The position numbers were made by a program, and so were the translations under genes. The notes beneath the pieces are model-generated. The model was not told the DNA's origin. It worked only from the letters and a program-made list of their open reading frames with translations, and did not search any database. From contig CAYSBJ010000003.1 in NCBI GenBank assembly GCA_964429275.1, forward strand, positions 129,337 through 193,336: a DNA stretch of 64,000 nucleotides. The letters are read 5' to 3'. Origin of the DNA: an uncultured Pseudomonadota bacterium (GTDB taxonomy: Bacteria > Babelota > Babeliae > Babelales > JAUPTZ01). Shown piece after piece: positions 21,362 through 30,701 of the stretch. The number at the start of each line of letters is the position of its first letter. Position 1 is the first letter of the stretch.

Positions 21362-21397
21362 AATGAGGGGTAACAATGCTTTGTATGCAGTTTAGCT

Positions 21398-21472
21398 GGA
21401 TTGCTTCGTCACTACGTTCCTCGCAAAAACGGCTTTCGCCGTCGCGTCATTGCGGGCGTAGCGCTGCAATCC
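21398..21472. repeat. Palindromic repeat family copy between batB and batC
   Basis: GGATTGCTTCGTCACTACGTTCCTCGCAA, then the hairpin ACGGCTTTCGCCGT, then CGTCATTGCGGGCGTAGCGCTGCAATCC. This is two arms in inverted orientation. Confidence 0.75.
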
Positions 21473-21474
21473 AT

Positions 21475-22590
21475 ATGAGTTTTTCTATATTATTTTTTCT
21501 AGTCTTTTTTATTGGCAGCGCGCACGCAAGCACGGCTCATTTCTTAGCAGAGCAGCTTGATAATCCGCTGAACCCGGTTACGAGCTATAATCTTGGTATT
21601 GCTGCTTTAGAGCAAAAACAGTATCCAGCAGCAGAGCGACATTTTTCATTGGCTGTTGATCTGTACGATCGCCAAAGTAATGCCATTGTGCCAGCCTATT
21701 TTTGTTGGGCAGATACAGCGGCGTTACAACTTTTGGGGATGCTGCATGAGCAAAAAGAGCTCAAGGGTGAAGCGTTAAATACCGCTATTAAGCGTGCGGT
21801 TGATGCGAGTAACCGTTACGGGAACGTATTAGTCTTTGATGCCGAACATCAAGCTGCTCGCGAACGTAAAAAAATTGTCGATCGCTTGCGTGCGCTTCTG
21901 GAGCAGCGTAAAAAGCAGCAGGAAGAGGAGAAGAAGCAGGAGCAGCAAGATAAGCAAGACAAGCAAAAAGGCGAGGATAAAAAAGATAAGAAAGATAAGT
22001 CAGAGCAGGACGAGCAGGATAAATCCCAAGATGAGAATCAACAGGGAGATGGTGAGCAAGACCAGCAGCAAAATGACGGCAAGGACTCTCAGGACGGTAA
22101 AGAAAACAAAAAAAATAAGCAAGGGGCCGATAAGAATAAGCAGTCAGGCACAGACCAGCAAAAGCAGACGAGCTCAGGTAAGGAGCGCAAGGAAGAAAAG
22201 CCTGGCAATGAAGAAAAAAAGCAATCTGGCCAGGAAGAAGAGGGCCAGGGAGCTGATGAGAAAGAGCAGTCTGCTGGTGCTGACAAAACCGAAGAAGAGA
22301 AGCCCGGCGATCAAGCACAGGGTATCGGCAATAGAGAAGATGAGCAGAAGCAGCAGCCGGCCGTAGGTGCGGCTGATGAAAATGTTTCTTCTGAGGAATC
22401 GCCACAAAATGGCCAGGAGATGGCTATTGCCGCGCCGCAGGAGTATGACGCAAATGCTGAAATGGTAAAAAAACGTGCACTTGTGCTTTTGGATCGCCTG
22501 CAACAAAATGAGGCTGCCTTGCAAAAAGAGCAGCTGCTTAAGAAAAGTGCTGCGCAGGTTGGTGAGAACAAACGCTATAATCAGTGGTAA
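21475..22590 (+). CDS. batC: BatC-like TPR protein with a long K/E/Q/D-rich low-complexity region
   Basis: ORF 21376..22590 begins inside the repeat, so the likely real start is MSFSILFFLVFFIGSAHAST at 21475 (signal peptide). A TPR-like segment is followed by about 170 aa of KKQQEEEKKQEQQDKQDK-type sequence. Confidence 0.55.
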   Translation: MSFSILFFLVFFIGSAHASTAHFLAEQLDNPLNPVTSYNLGIAALEQKQYPAAERHFSLAVDLYDRQSNAIVPAYFCWADTAALQLLGMLHEQKELKGEALNTAIKRAVDASNRYGNVLVFDAEHQAARERKKIVDRLRALLEQRKKQQEEEKKQEQQDKQDKQKGEDKKDKKDKSEQDEQDKSQDENQQGDGEQDQQQNDGKDSQDGKENKKNKQGADKNKQSGTDQQKQTSSGKERKEEKPGNEEKKQSGQEEEGQGADEKEQSAGADKTEEEKPGDQAQGIGNREDEQKQQPAVGAADENVSSEESPQNGQEMAIAAPQEYDANAEMVKKRALVLLDRLQQNEAALQKEQLLKKSAAQVGENKRYNQW

Positions 22591-22602
22591 AAATACGAGG
22601 AA

Positions 22603-24366
22603 ATGATGAATAAATATGCAAGTAAGCTGATTATTTTTGCGGTTTTGATAACGCACATGTCTGCAGTAAGCGCCGGGCTGCGGTTGCTGGTAAAAGGTGG
22701 GCTGCAAGGACGGCAGGAAGATACGGGCAATCCCGTTATGGTTATGTGCCAAGGGGATGATTATATTTTGCAGGTAGTGCGTGATGATGGTGATTTGGGC
22801 CAGGTTGCAATCTATGGAGCGCAGGACAGCGACAATTTTGAGCTGACACGTGGTGGCACCTCAAATAGCATGATTATGGAAAATGGACGGAGTACTTCCT
22901 CCGTAACGAATACTTACTACTTACGGCCATTGAAGGTGGGGACATTTAAACTGGGGCCAGCGGCTCTCGATGAGAATGGGCAGCAAATTGTGAGCAATGC
23001 GGTAGAAGTACGAGTTGTTGAGCCCGCAGCGTATGATCAATTTGCGGGTAAGCGCGGGGCTGCGCGGCAAGCGTTGGCCTGTTCTATTGATGTTGATACT
23101 CATGAAGTCTATGTTGGCCAACCGGTTACATTGACTGTTGTGATGGAAGATAACGGTCAGGTTATGGAGCGCGGGTTACAGCCGCCAGCTTTTGGTAAGA
23201 TGCAAGCGCAACAAGTAGGGAATCCAACGTCCTCACAAAAAGTGGTGAATGGGCAGCTTAAAGTGCTGACGCAGCAGGTCTATAGCTTGAGTGCTGATGT
23301 GCCAGGAACATATACCGTTGGGCCAGCAACCGGGGTCTTTGTTGTGCCAGAAAATGATAATCACGATCCATTTGCTGGTGGGCTCTGGGGAGGCTTTTTT
23401 GGGCCGCAGGGCAAAAAGCGTAGTGTGCGATCTAATAGTACAATCATTGCGGTTAAGCCCCTGCCGCTGAGCAAAATCCCTGTTGATGGTGTTGGCCAGT
23501 TTACGGGAGTAGCATTGCGCGCTGACAAACAGATTGTAGAGCTAAACGAACCAATTATGGTGACGTTTGCTGTTATAGGACGAGGCAACTTTGATGCAAT
23601 TACTGCGCCGACGTTACAGCTTCCAGAAACGATGGAAGTGTATCCGTCAACTGCTTCCTTTTCCCCTGACTTAGCGACGCCGCAAAAAGGGGTAAAGTCG
23701 TTTGAGTATGTGGTGCAGATTGGGGAGCCCGGGGTGCATGAAATTCCAGCACAGCGTTTTACCTACTTTGATACACAGGAGGGAGAGTACATAACTCTTT
23801 CTACTGATCCGGTGACGGTACAGGTCCGAAAGGCAAAGATTATCGCAACTGATCAGCCGGTAGAGCCTGTGGGGAAGGAATCAAAAGAGAAAAAACCTGA
23901 AGCACCAAAGATATATGATGGTGCTTCATTGCCTGTGATCCCGTGGTGGTGGGTCGTTTATTTTGCGCTGGCCATATTCTTTATTCTTATGCGTGATCTT
24001 TTGGTTCGTGGTGTATGGGAGCTGGTTGAATTTTTGGGCATAACCTCAGATACAAAGCGGCAGCGAGCTCGCCTACTTGTGCTTATCGATGCGCAGGAAG
24101 TGGGACAAATTCATGCCTTCTTTATTAAGTTTCTGGCACGTGCATGGGGTTGCGATACTGAGCAGATTGATGCGGAATACGTAAAGAGTCGCACTGCAGA
24201 TTGGGGCTGGGACATGGAGCACAGTGAAGGGTTTGCCGATTATATTGATCGGTGTAGTCAGGCTGCGTTTGCTCAACAGATGATGAAAGAGGCGGTAAAA
24301 ACTGAATTACTTGATAAAACACTGTATTGGTATGAGATGGTGGTGGCGCAGTTGAGTCAAAAGTAG
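22603..24366 (+). CDS. batD: BatD-like exported protein with a C-terminal TM
   Basis: 587 aa with a signal-like N-terminus and a late TM (IPWWWVVYFALAIFFILM). Its size and its position after batABC match BatD-type proteins. Confidence 0.5.
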   Translation: MMNKYASKLIIFAVLITHMSAVSAGLRLLVKGGLQGRQEDTGNPVMVMCQGDDYILQVVRDDGDLGQVAIYGAQDSDNFELTRGGTSNSMIMENGRSTSSVTNTYYLRPLKVGTFKLGPAALDENGQQIVSNAVEVRVVEPAAYDQFAGKRGAARQALACSIDVDTHEVYVGQPVTLTVVMEDNGQVMERGLQPPAFGKMQAQQVGNPTSSQKVVNGQLKVLTQQVYSLSADVPGTYTVGPATGVFVVPENDNHDPFAGGLWGGFFGPQGKKRSVRSNSTIIAVKPLPLSKIPVDGVGQFTGVALRADKQIVELNEPIMVTFAVIGRGNFDAITAPTLQLPETMEVYPSTASFSPDLATPQKGVKSFEYVVQIGEPGVHEIPAQRFTYFDTQEGEYITLSTDPVTVQVRKAKIIATDQPVEPVGKESKEKKPEAPKIYDGASLPVIPWWWVVYFALAIFFILMRDLLVRGVWELVEFLGITSDTKRQRARLLVLIDAQEVGQIHAFFIKFLARAWGCDTEQIDAEYVKSRTADWGWDMEHSEGFADYIDRCSQAAFAQQMMKEAVKTELLDKTLYWYEMVVAQLSQK

Positions 24367-24460
24367 GTGCGGCGAAGGCGGGCGTAGCGCGGCAATCGGG
24401 TCTGATTGGACGTATCGAAGTACTCTCGATTGCTTCGTCGCACATGCTTCTCGCAATGAC
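24367..24460. repeat. Palindromic repeat family copy between batD and batE
   Basis: GCGGGCGTAGCGCGGCAATCG ... spacer ... CGATTGCTTCGTCGCACATGCTTCTCGCAATGAC. Confidence 0.7.
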
Positions 24461-24480
24461 ATTAAACAAGCGAGGTTAAA

Positions 24481-25194
24481 ATGTATAAGAAGTTATTCTT
24501 AATTGGTTTACTAATGAGCGGCACTATTGCCATTGCTGCCGATGAAGGGGCAGATGCCCTCTATGCTCATGAAAAGTGGAGTGCGGCACTTGCGGCCTAT
24601 GAAAAAGAGGAAGATCCTACCCCTGGAATGTTGGTACGGATGGGAGACTGTGCGGTTCGGAGCAAGAACTATGCAACTGGGTTGCGGCATTGGTATCGAG
24701 CTGCTCGTGGATTGTATTGGCTTTCGTACTACGATATCGCAACGCGTATCTATGCCCTTGAGGCGGAGGTTGGTCTGCATTCCGTAACACCAACCCCATC
24801 CTGGTATGTGGCTACTTCTTGTGCGGCTATTCCACCATTAGTGTGGCAAGTCTGCTTATTGCTCCTTCTATTATTGGGTGCCTGGCGGGTGCGCCTTTGG
24901 TGGCAACATAAGTCATATGGTTTTCTGATGATTGTTTTCTTGGGAGTCCTTTTTTTTGGTGGGTTTGCCTGGTGGAGTATGGGGCATCGCAGCGCCGTTT
25001 CTGCTATTGTGATGCAATCAGTGACTCTCCGGACTGGCCCTGATGAGCGCTTTACTGAGCTGGGTAAAATAGCACCCCCGTCGCCGGTGCATAGCGCCGA
25101 TGTAGCCGCGCTTCCGAATGGTTTGCCGTGGTGTAAAATTACTGACGGCCAACGTCTTGGCTGGGCACCGCAATCATCACTGGTGATGGTCTAA
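24481..25194 (+). CDS. batE: BatE-like TPR / TM / SH3b-domain protein
   Basis: It has a signal, a TPR-like N-terminus, two TMs, and an SH3b-like C-terminus (VTLRTGPDERFTELGKI...WCKITDGQRLGWAPQSSL). Confidence 0.45.
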   Translation: MYKKLFLIGLLMSGTIAIAADEGADALYAHEKWSAALAAYEKEEDPTPGMLVRMGDCAVRSKNYATGLRHWYRAARGLYWLSYYDIATRIYALEAEVGLHSVTPTPSWYVATSCAAIPPLVWQVCLLLLLLLGAWRVRLWWQHKSYGFLMIVFLGVLFFGGFAWWSMGHRSAVSAIVMQSVTLRTGPDERFTELGKIAPPSPVHSADVAALPNGLPWCKITDGQRLGWAPQSSLVMV

Positions 25195-25306
25195 AAATAA
25201 AAAACATCGTTAAAACCCTTGTTTTTGCTCTCAAAGTTTTCGTATTGTAATTATAGAGTTTTGACACGAACTCTAAAGACATACGAGATATAAAGGAGCG
25301 TATACG

Positions 25307-25660
25307 ATGAAAAGCATGATTATTCGTCTGGCAGTTCTTGCCAGCGTAGCCGGAGCTTTGGGCTTTGTTGGTGGTTGCACCGAAAAACAAAAACGAACAG
25401 CGTTAATTGGCGGACTTATTGGCGGTGGCCTTGGTGCCGCTGTTGGTGCTGCTGCTTCAGGTGGTAGTGCTGGGTATGCATTGCTTGGCGGCGGTATTGG
25501 TGCTGCTGGTGGTGCGGTTGCTGGTGGTGCTTTAGCTTCTGATGACGATAAAGAATGTCGCACCTGCTCAAAGGGCAGAAAGTGTGTACGGTCTACGATG
25601 TGCTGCTGCGATGGTGAGCGCAAGAAAGTAAAAATTACTGCTGAGGACACGCAGTCATAA
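25307..25660 (+). CDS. Glycine-zipper lipoprotein with a Cys-rich C-terminal tail
   Basis: A lipobox-like ALGFVGGC is followed by GGLIGGGLGAAVGAAASGG...GGGIGAAGGAVAGG (glycine zipper, 17-kDa-antigen/SlyB-like). The tail is ECRTCSKGRKCVRSTMCCCDG. Confidence 0.6.
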   Translation: MKSMIIRLAVLASVAGALGFVGGCTEKQKRTALIGGLIGGGLGAAVGAAASGGSAGYALLGGGIGAAGGAVAGGALASDDDKECRTCSKGRKCVRSTMCCCDGERKKVKITAEDTQS

Positions 25661-25700
25661 TGTTCCTCTACTTATGTCGCCGTTATGGTGGCATACGTGA

Positions 25701-25729
25701 AAAAAGGGCGGATTTATTCCGCCCTTTTT
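25701..25729. terminator. Bidirectional hairpin terminator between convergent genes
   Basis: AAAAAGGGCGGA TTTAT TCCGCCCTTTTT. Confidence 0.65.
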
Positions 25730-25731
25730 TC

Positions 25732-26568
25732 TTATTCGGTCTCTTTCTCTCTGCAGGATTGCTGATGTGAGAGGTATTTCTGTGCGTACCAGTCAAACCA
25801 CTTTTGTTCTTTTTTGATTTCTTGCATTATATTTTCTTGTTCCTTTTTGGGGTATTCCGAGATTACACGGGTGCAGTTTTGCTGATGCTTATGAAAGGCT
25901 TCCCGATTGAACCACGTATCTCTTTTGTCTGCTGGCAGTCCTTTATAAATTAAACTCAGAAGGTTCCAGGCTTCTGGTAGGCGGTTATCAGTAGCAAGAG
26001 TCTGCAGAATACGAAGCGGGTGGTCTGCAGATTGTGGAGCATCGCAAGGCCACCACTCGTCAGAAGCGGGTGCGGTGTAGCTGAACGACGAAGTGAGTTT
26101 ATATACTGCTACAAGGAAACGTGCATAGACATTATCAAGATCCTTCAGTATTTCTGATGCGTAGAACTGATCATCAGATGGGTGGTTGCTTGGGACAAGG
26201 TGTCTCCTGCGATAGGATATTGCCGAACGTGATGATACGGGGTCGAAATTGTCTTCTAGATAATGGCTGGGATTCGCAAGAAGTCTTTTGATCCAGCTGT
26301 TGATTGCTGTTGTTGATTCAGGCGAGACCGGTGACCCTCCCTCGGTGGTGATAGTTTCTGCTGAAAGAGCGGCTTCAACTCTTAGTGGGCGCTGTTTGGG
26401 GTCTCTGGGGGCGATATCGCGCTCTAGTTCTGCAGCGGCTACTGTATTTTCTCTTCGCTTGTAACGATGTGATCGGGCAGCGTCGTCGCCTGAGCTAGCT
26501 GCATCCATCCCTATTATGCTTGTACCAGGGAGTAAGAATACGGTGAGCAAGAGTGTAAATAAAATCAT
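25732..26568 (-). CDS. Hypothetical secreted protein
   Basis: 278 aa with an N-terminal signal-like MILFTLLLTVFLLPGTSIIG. I recognise no family. Confidence 0.5.
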   Translation of the reverse strand: MILFTLLLTVFLLPGTSIIGMDAASSGDDAARSHRYKRRENTVAAAELERDIAPRDPKQRPLRVEAALSAETITTEGGSPVSPESTTAINSWIKRLLANPSHYLEDNFDPVSSRSAISYRRRHLVPSNHPSDDQFYASEILKDLDNVYARFLVAVYKLTSSFSYTAPASDEWWPCDAPQSADHPLRILQTLATDNRLPEAWNLLSLIYKGLPADKRDTWFNREAFHKHQQNCTRVISEYPKKEQENIMQEIKKEQKWFDWYAQKYLSHQQSCREKETE

Positions 26569-26640
26569 GCGATGTTCCTTTCGGCTTAATTTTTATAGGT
26601 AGCGGCGTTATTATCATAGTTACTTTAAGCATTTTGTCCA

Positions 26641-27816
26641 CTAAGCGGCTGCTAGCTCTGGAAAAGTGGCGTGGTCTCTGATGTACCTAAAGTGTTCTCG
26701 TGCTTCAGCAGAGCTGTTCATGAGGAAAGGGAAGAGCTCCCGTATGCCGAGGCAAGTAGGGATAGAGCGTTGTGTATCATTGCGATCATTGCGGGCGACG
26801 GCATAAAAGCTTTTAATGTGCCCTTGAAAAGCATTGGTATTGCCAATGGTCTGATAGATAGGGGCCAGAAATTGCTCGAAAACTTTTCTGTTTTCTCTGA
26901 TCCCCCAATTGTGAAGAATTAGCACGGGGTTTCTAATGCAGATCAGTTTTGTTTGATCGATAATATGTGCTTGCGTGGCCTGAGGAATTCCAACGAGGCG
27001 CCTCGATCTGATTTCCTCTTGCATATGTGCTGACAGGCCCCCCACCAAACGCCATTGCTGTCGAAAATCGAATGTTTCTTGGAGGGGGGCAGTGTTGCCT
27101 TCTGGGACGGTCTGAGTGAAATCGCGGTCGCCGTTTAATTCACGCCATGACCCCGCTTCACCTGGCCTATAAAGAATAGCGTGCGGTGATTCGATTTTAA
27201 AGCTATAGTCGTATGGCGGGGTAGATGAATGAAAGACTATGTCAACCCGTAACGCATACTGGCCCACTCTAGTAGGCTGTAAAATGTCGGTAGGTATTTT
27301 TACAATGAGGGCATATGGGTTGCCGGTTCCTTCTTCGGAGGATTCAACGCTTATCTGCCTGTGTATAATCCCGGTGGTGAGAAGGGCTTTTACAATCATA
27401 TTGATGCTTTGTTCCCTCGTTCCGTCTATAAACGCTCTTTTCCACGCTTCTTCAAATGGGCGTTGAATTTTGACAGTCTGGGAGTAAATTTCGGTGGACC
27501 CATTCCTTTTATGAAAGTCTCTAAGGGCGTCCCAATTAGCAAAGTCTGTTTCTAAATACCTCATTAACGGCGTGTCTTTCAGCTTGGCAAGTGCCTCTCT
27601 TTCTCTACCTGTTAAGTTGTATGGTGCCCCCACGATTGCTGCTTGGCGGGGAAGGTTTAAGTTTTGACCAAGAGTTTGTGGCGGCATTACACCGACGGCG
27701 AGTGGAGGTACAAGTTGCAAGGCTGCCGCCGCCGGCACTGCGTCTGCCGCTAACACCATGGAAATATTTGGGGCTAATCCAATATTTAGAAAGATAAGTA
27801 AAGTTCGTAAAAGCAT
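26641..27816 (-). CDS. Hypothetical secreted protein
   Basis: The ORF runs 26641..27954. The likely start is MLLRTLLIFLNIGLAPNISMVLA at 27816 (signal peptide). I recognise no family. Confidence 0.5.
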   Translation of the reverse strand: MLLRTLLIFLNIGLAPNISMVLAADAVPAAAALQLVPPLAVGVMPPQTLGQNLNLPRQAAIVGAPYNLTGREREALAKLKDTPLMRYLETDFANWDALRDFHKRNGSTEIYSQTVKIQRPFEEAWKRAFIDGTREQSINMIVKALLTTGIIHRQISVESSEEGTGNPYALIVKIPTDILQPTRVGQYALRVDIVFHSSTPPYDYSFKIESPHAILYRPGEAGSWRELNGDRDFTQTVPEGNTAPLQETFDFRQQWRLVGGLSAHMQEEIRSRRLVGIPQATQAHIIDQTKLICIRNPVLILHNWGIRENRKVFEQFLAPIYQTIGNTNAFQGHIKSFYAVARNDRNDTQRSIPTCLGIRELFPFLMNSSAEAREHFRYIRDHATFPELAAA

Positions 27817-27992
27817 GCGTATTCCTTGCGATTGGTTATGTTTTGTGGTGCCGTGCTCATGATGTTTGACGATGTAAATTAATCGATTGGTCTTTGCTTT
27901 TGCAACGGTCTGATCGCCCTGAGGCACGGCCATGCCCTTTTCTTTTACCTCCATTCCTGTAGACTGCTCTGATCTTTAAAAAGTTACTAAGT

Positions 27993-28763
27993 ATGGGGTT
28001 TTTTATGAGTATTGCTACGATGCCAGCGCGACTAAAAGTTGTGGGTCTGGCGGCTGCTATCGAAGAGATACGGATTTTGCAACAGGTGGATCTTGCTTTG
28101 CAGCCGGGAGAAGTGCATGCCATCATGGGGCCTAATGGTTCTGGTAAAAGTACGCTTGCTCAAGTGTTGATGGGGCACCCGTCATATACTGTGACTGGAG
28201 GTTCTATTTTTTTTGATGGCGAAGAAATTGGTGATGCGGCTACGCATTTGCGGGCACGCAAAGGGATGTTTTTGGCGTTTCAGTACCCGTACGAGATTGA
28301 GGGTCTGCCGCTGAAAGATTTGCTGCGAACGGCGTATAACGCCCGGTATGCAAATACGGAGAAGCAGATCGGAATAAAAGCGTTTCATGAGCTTTTGCAA
28401 CAAAAATTAGCGTTACTTGGACTTGACCCCTCCTTTGTGGAGCGGGGGGTGAATGCAGGATTTTCTGGCGGAGAGAAGAAGCAAGCGGAAACTTTGCAAT
28501 TGGCTGTGTTACAGCCGAAACTGGCAATTTTAGACGAGATTGACTCGGGATTAGACGTTGATGCACTACGCCGGGTGTGTAACGCTTTGGTGGCAGTAAA
28601 AAAAGAGAATCCTGATATGGCTATTTTGTTAATTACTCATTACAACCGGATTCTTGATTATATAGTGCCGGATAGAGTGCACATTATGAAAAAAGGGTGT
28701 ATTACACACAGTGGTGACTCGTCACTTGCGCAAGTGATTGAGCATGAGGGATATGGTGAATAG
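27993..28763 (+). CDS. sufC: Fe-S cluster assembly ATPase SufC
   Basis: GEVHAIMGPNGSGKSTL, FSGGEKK and LAILDEIDSGLD motifs. The start is uncertain, with candidate ATGs at 28005 and 28023. Confidence 0.9.
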   Translation: MGFFMSIATMPARLKVVGLAAAIEEIRILQQVDLALQPGEVHAIMGPNGSGKSTLAQVLMGHPSYTVTGGSIFFDGEEIGDAATHLRARKGMFLAFQYPYEIEGLPLKDLLRTAYNARYANTEKQIGIKAFHELLQQKLALLGLDPSFVERGVNAGFSGGEKKQAETLQLAVLQPKLAILDEIDSGLDVDALRRVCNALVAVKKENPDMAILLITHYNRILDYIVPDRVHIMKKGCITHSGDSSLAQVIEHEGYGE

Positions 28764-28765
28764 AA

Positions 28766-28792
28766 AAAGGGCTCCGAATTTCGGAGCCCTTT
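28766..28792. terminator. Bidirectional hairpin terminator
   Basis: AAAGGGCTCCGA ATT TCGGAGCCCTTT. Confidence 0.6.
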
Positions 28793-28815
28793 CGTCATTT
28801 TTATCGAGTTACGTC

Positions 28816-29103
28816 TTACTCTGCGTCGTCGTCAGAGCAAACTTCGCGTGAAGCTTCAGTAGTGATTGCTACTTCTTCTGAAACATCATCTGTTGTGACA
28901 AGGTCTGCAGTTGGGATAACTTCTGCACTAACGTCAACAGTGCCCTTGTTAGTGTCAACAGCTACTTCAAACAAAACGATATCGCGTTGCTCGACAGCCA
29001 TTTGTTCCATTTGCTCTACTTGTACTTGTTCCATTTGTTCTTCTGCTACAACTACTGATGCTGTAAGACCGGCCATTACAAGCGCGAGCATGATATTTTT
29101 CAT
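28816..29103 (-). CDS. Small acidic secreted protein
   Basis: 95 aa with the signal MKNIMLALVMAGLTASVVVA, then E/Q/V/D-rich sequence including EQMEQVQVEQMEQMAVEQ. It lies antisense between sufC and sufB. Confidence 0.45.
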   Translation of the reverse strand: MKNIMLALVMAGLTASVVVAEEQMEQVQVEQMEQMAVEQRDIVLFEVAVDTNKGTVDVSAEVIPTADLVTTDDVSEEVAITTEASREVCSDDDAE

Positions 29104-29327
29104 AATGATATCCCCTTCTTTGTGTTAAATAAACGGTATTGTACTTACCACCGAGACTATTACATATTCGAGTTTGGTAAGTCAAACAACTCGTTCATTT
29201 TTGCTCAAAAGCTTCCGACGCAGAGCCTTTTTTGTTTATTTAAAACTATGCTTATTGACCTTGTGCTTTTTTCGTAAACCCTGCATACTGCTTTGGCAGT
29301 TAAAATATCGCTAAAACAGGGCTTTCC

Positions 29328-30701
29328 ATGGCGCATGAGCAATTTAGTACACCAGAACTTTATCAATTTAAGTCAGAAAAGGGATTGAACGAGCAGATTG
29401 TTCGTGAGATATCAGCCCGTAAGGGGGAGCCTGACTGGATGCTTGAGTTTCGTTTGCAGGCGTTGCGGTACTTTGAAGAGCGCCCACTGCCGTCATGGGG
29501 TCCCGATCTTTCTTCCCTTGATCCGAATGATATTTACTATTACATCAAGCCAATTGAAGGCAAGCATTCTTCGTGGGAGGATGTCCCGGCCGATATCAAA
29601 AATACCTTTGACCGCCTTGGTGTGCCACAAGCAGAGCGAGAATATCTTGCTGGCTTGGGGGCGCAGTACGAGTCTGAAATGGTCTATCACCGGCTGCGGC
29701 AGGAGTGGGTTGATCAGGGAGTAGTCTTTTTGGATTGCGACTCGGGCCTTGCCCAGTATCCTGAATTATTTAAAAAGTATTTTGGCACGGTAATTCCGGC
29801 CAACGATAACAAATTTGCAGCACTGAACAGTGCGGTATGGAGTGGCGGTAGCTTTGTGTATATCCCTAAGGGAGTGCATGTCACGGCGCCATTACAGACT
29901 TATTTCCGTATTAACGCCGAACAAATGGGGCAATTTGAGCGCACGCTCATTGTTGCCGACGAAGGAAGCTTCGTACATTACGTTGAAGGATGTACGGCGC
30001 CAAGCTACCGGGGCAATTCGCTTCATAGTGCGGTAGTAGAAATTGTAGCTCTACCTGGGGCTCGTGTGCGGTATTCAACGATTCAAAACTGGTCGCGTAA
30101 TGTGTTTAACCTGGTGACAAAGCGGGCGGTTGCCTATGAAAATTCTATGGTTGAGTGGATTGATGGTAATTTAGGCAGTGGTGTAACCATGAAGTATCCG
30201 TGTGTTGTGCTGAAGGGGGAAGGGGCCCGGGCTGAAATTCTTTCGGTTGCGATGGCTTGTCACCCCAGCCAAGTGCAGGATGCGGGGGCCAAAGTTATTC
30301 ATTTGGCTTCACGTACAACGTCGCGTATTGTCTCCAAATCGATTAGCAGTAACGGGGGGCGGGCGAGTTATCGCGGCCTTGTTTCGGTCAGTCCGGTTGC
30401 GCATCACTGTAAAGTGAGCGTGCAATGCGATGCGCTTTTACTCGATGATAAATCGCGGTCTGACACCTATCCGACTATGAAGGTTTTTGCCCACGACAGT
30501 GATGTTTCTCATGAGGCGAGCGTTGGTAAAATTAGCGAAGAAAAGCTTTTTTATTTAATGAGCCGGGGAATTTCTGATGTGGAAGCCCGGACATTAATTG
30601 TGAATGGGTTTATTGAGCCGTTTGTGAAAGAGTTGCCGATGGAGTATGCCGTTGAAATGAACCGCTTGATTGCGATGGAAATGGAAGGAAGCATTGGATG
30701 A
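29328..30701 (+). CDS. sufB: Fe-S cluster assembly scaffold SufB
   Basis: 457 aa, with a typical SufB C-terminal region ([29 protein letters not shown]). Confidence 0.9.
   Translation: MAHEQFSTPELYQFKSEKGLNEQIVREISARKGEPDWMLEFRLQALRYFEERPLPSWGPDLSSLDPNDIYYYIKPIEGKHSSWEDVPADIKNTFDRLGVPQAEREYLAGLGAQYESEMVYHRLRQEWVDQGVVFLDCDSGLAQYPELFKKYFGTVIPANDNKFAALNSAVWSGGSFVYIPKGVHVTAPLQTYFRINAEQMGQFERTLIVADEGSFVHYVEGCTAPSYRGNSLHSAVVEIVALPGARVRYSTIQNWSRNVFNLVTKRAVAYENSMVEWIDGNLGSGVTMKYPCVVLKGEGARAEILSVAMACHPSQVQDAGAKVIHLASRTTSRIVSKSISSNGGRASYRGLVSVSPVAHHCKVSVQCDALLLDDKSRSDTYPTMKVFAHDSDVSHEASVGKISEEKLFYLMSRGISDVEARTLIVNGFIEPFVKELPMEYAVEMNRLIAMEMEGSIG

Noticed and set aside
21376-21474. N-terminal 33 codons of ORF 21376..22590 (and similarly 17430..17450, and ORFs 37262..37558, 36814..37032, 36163..36513)
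   Set aside because: These codons are read straight out of the palindromic repeat units, giving peptides such as WIASSLRSSQ and LLRRLCLLAMT. Real starts with signal peptides lie downstream, or no gene exists there at all.
21788-22752. Long antisense and alternative-frame ORFs (21788..22405, 21836..22366, 22174..22752, 22311..22571)
   Set aside because: All overlap the K/E/Q/D low-complexity region of the BatC-like gene. Repetitive AAG/GAA/CAG codons keep several frames open by chance.
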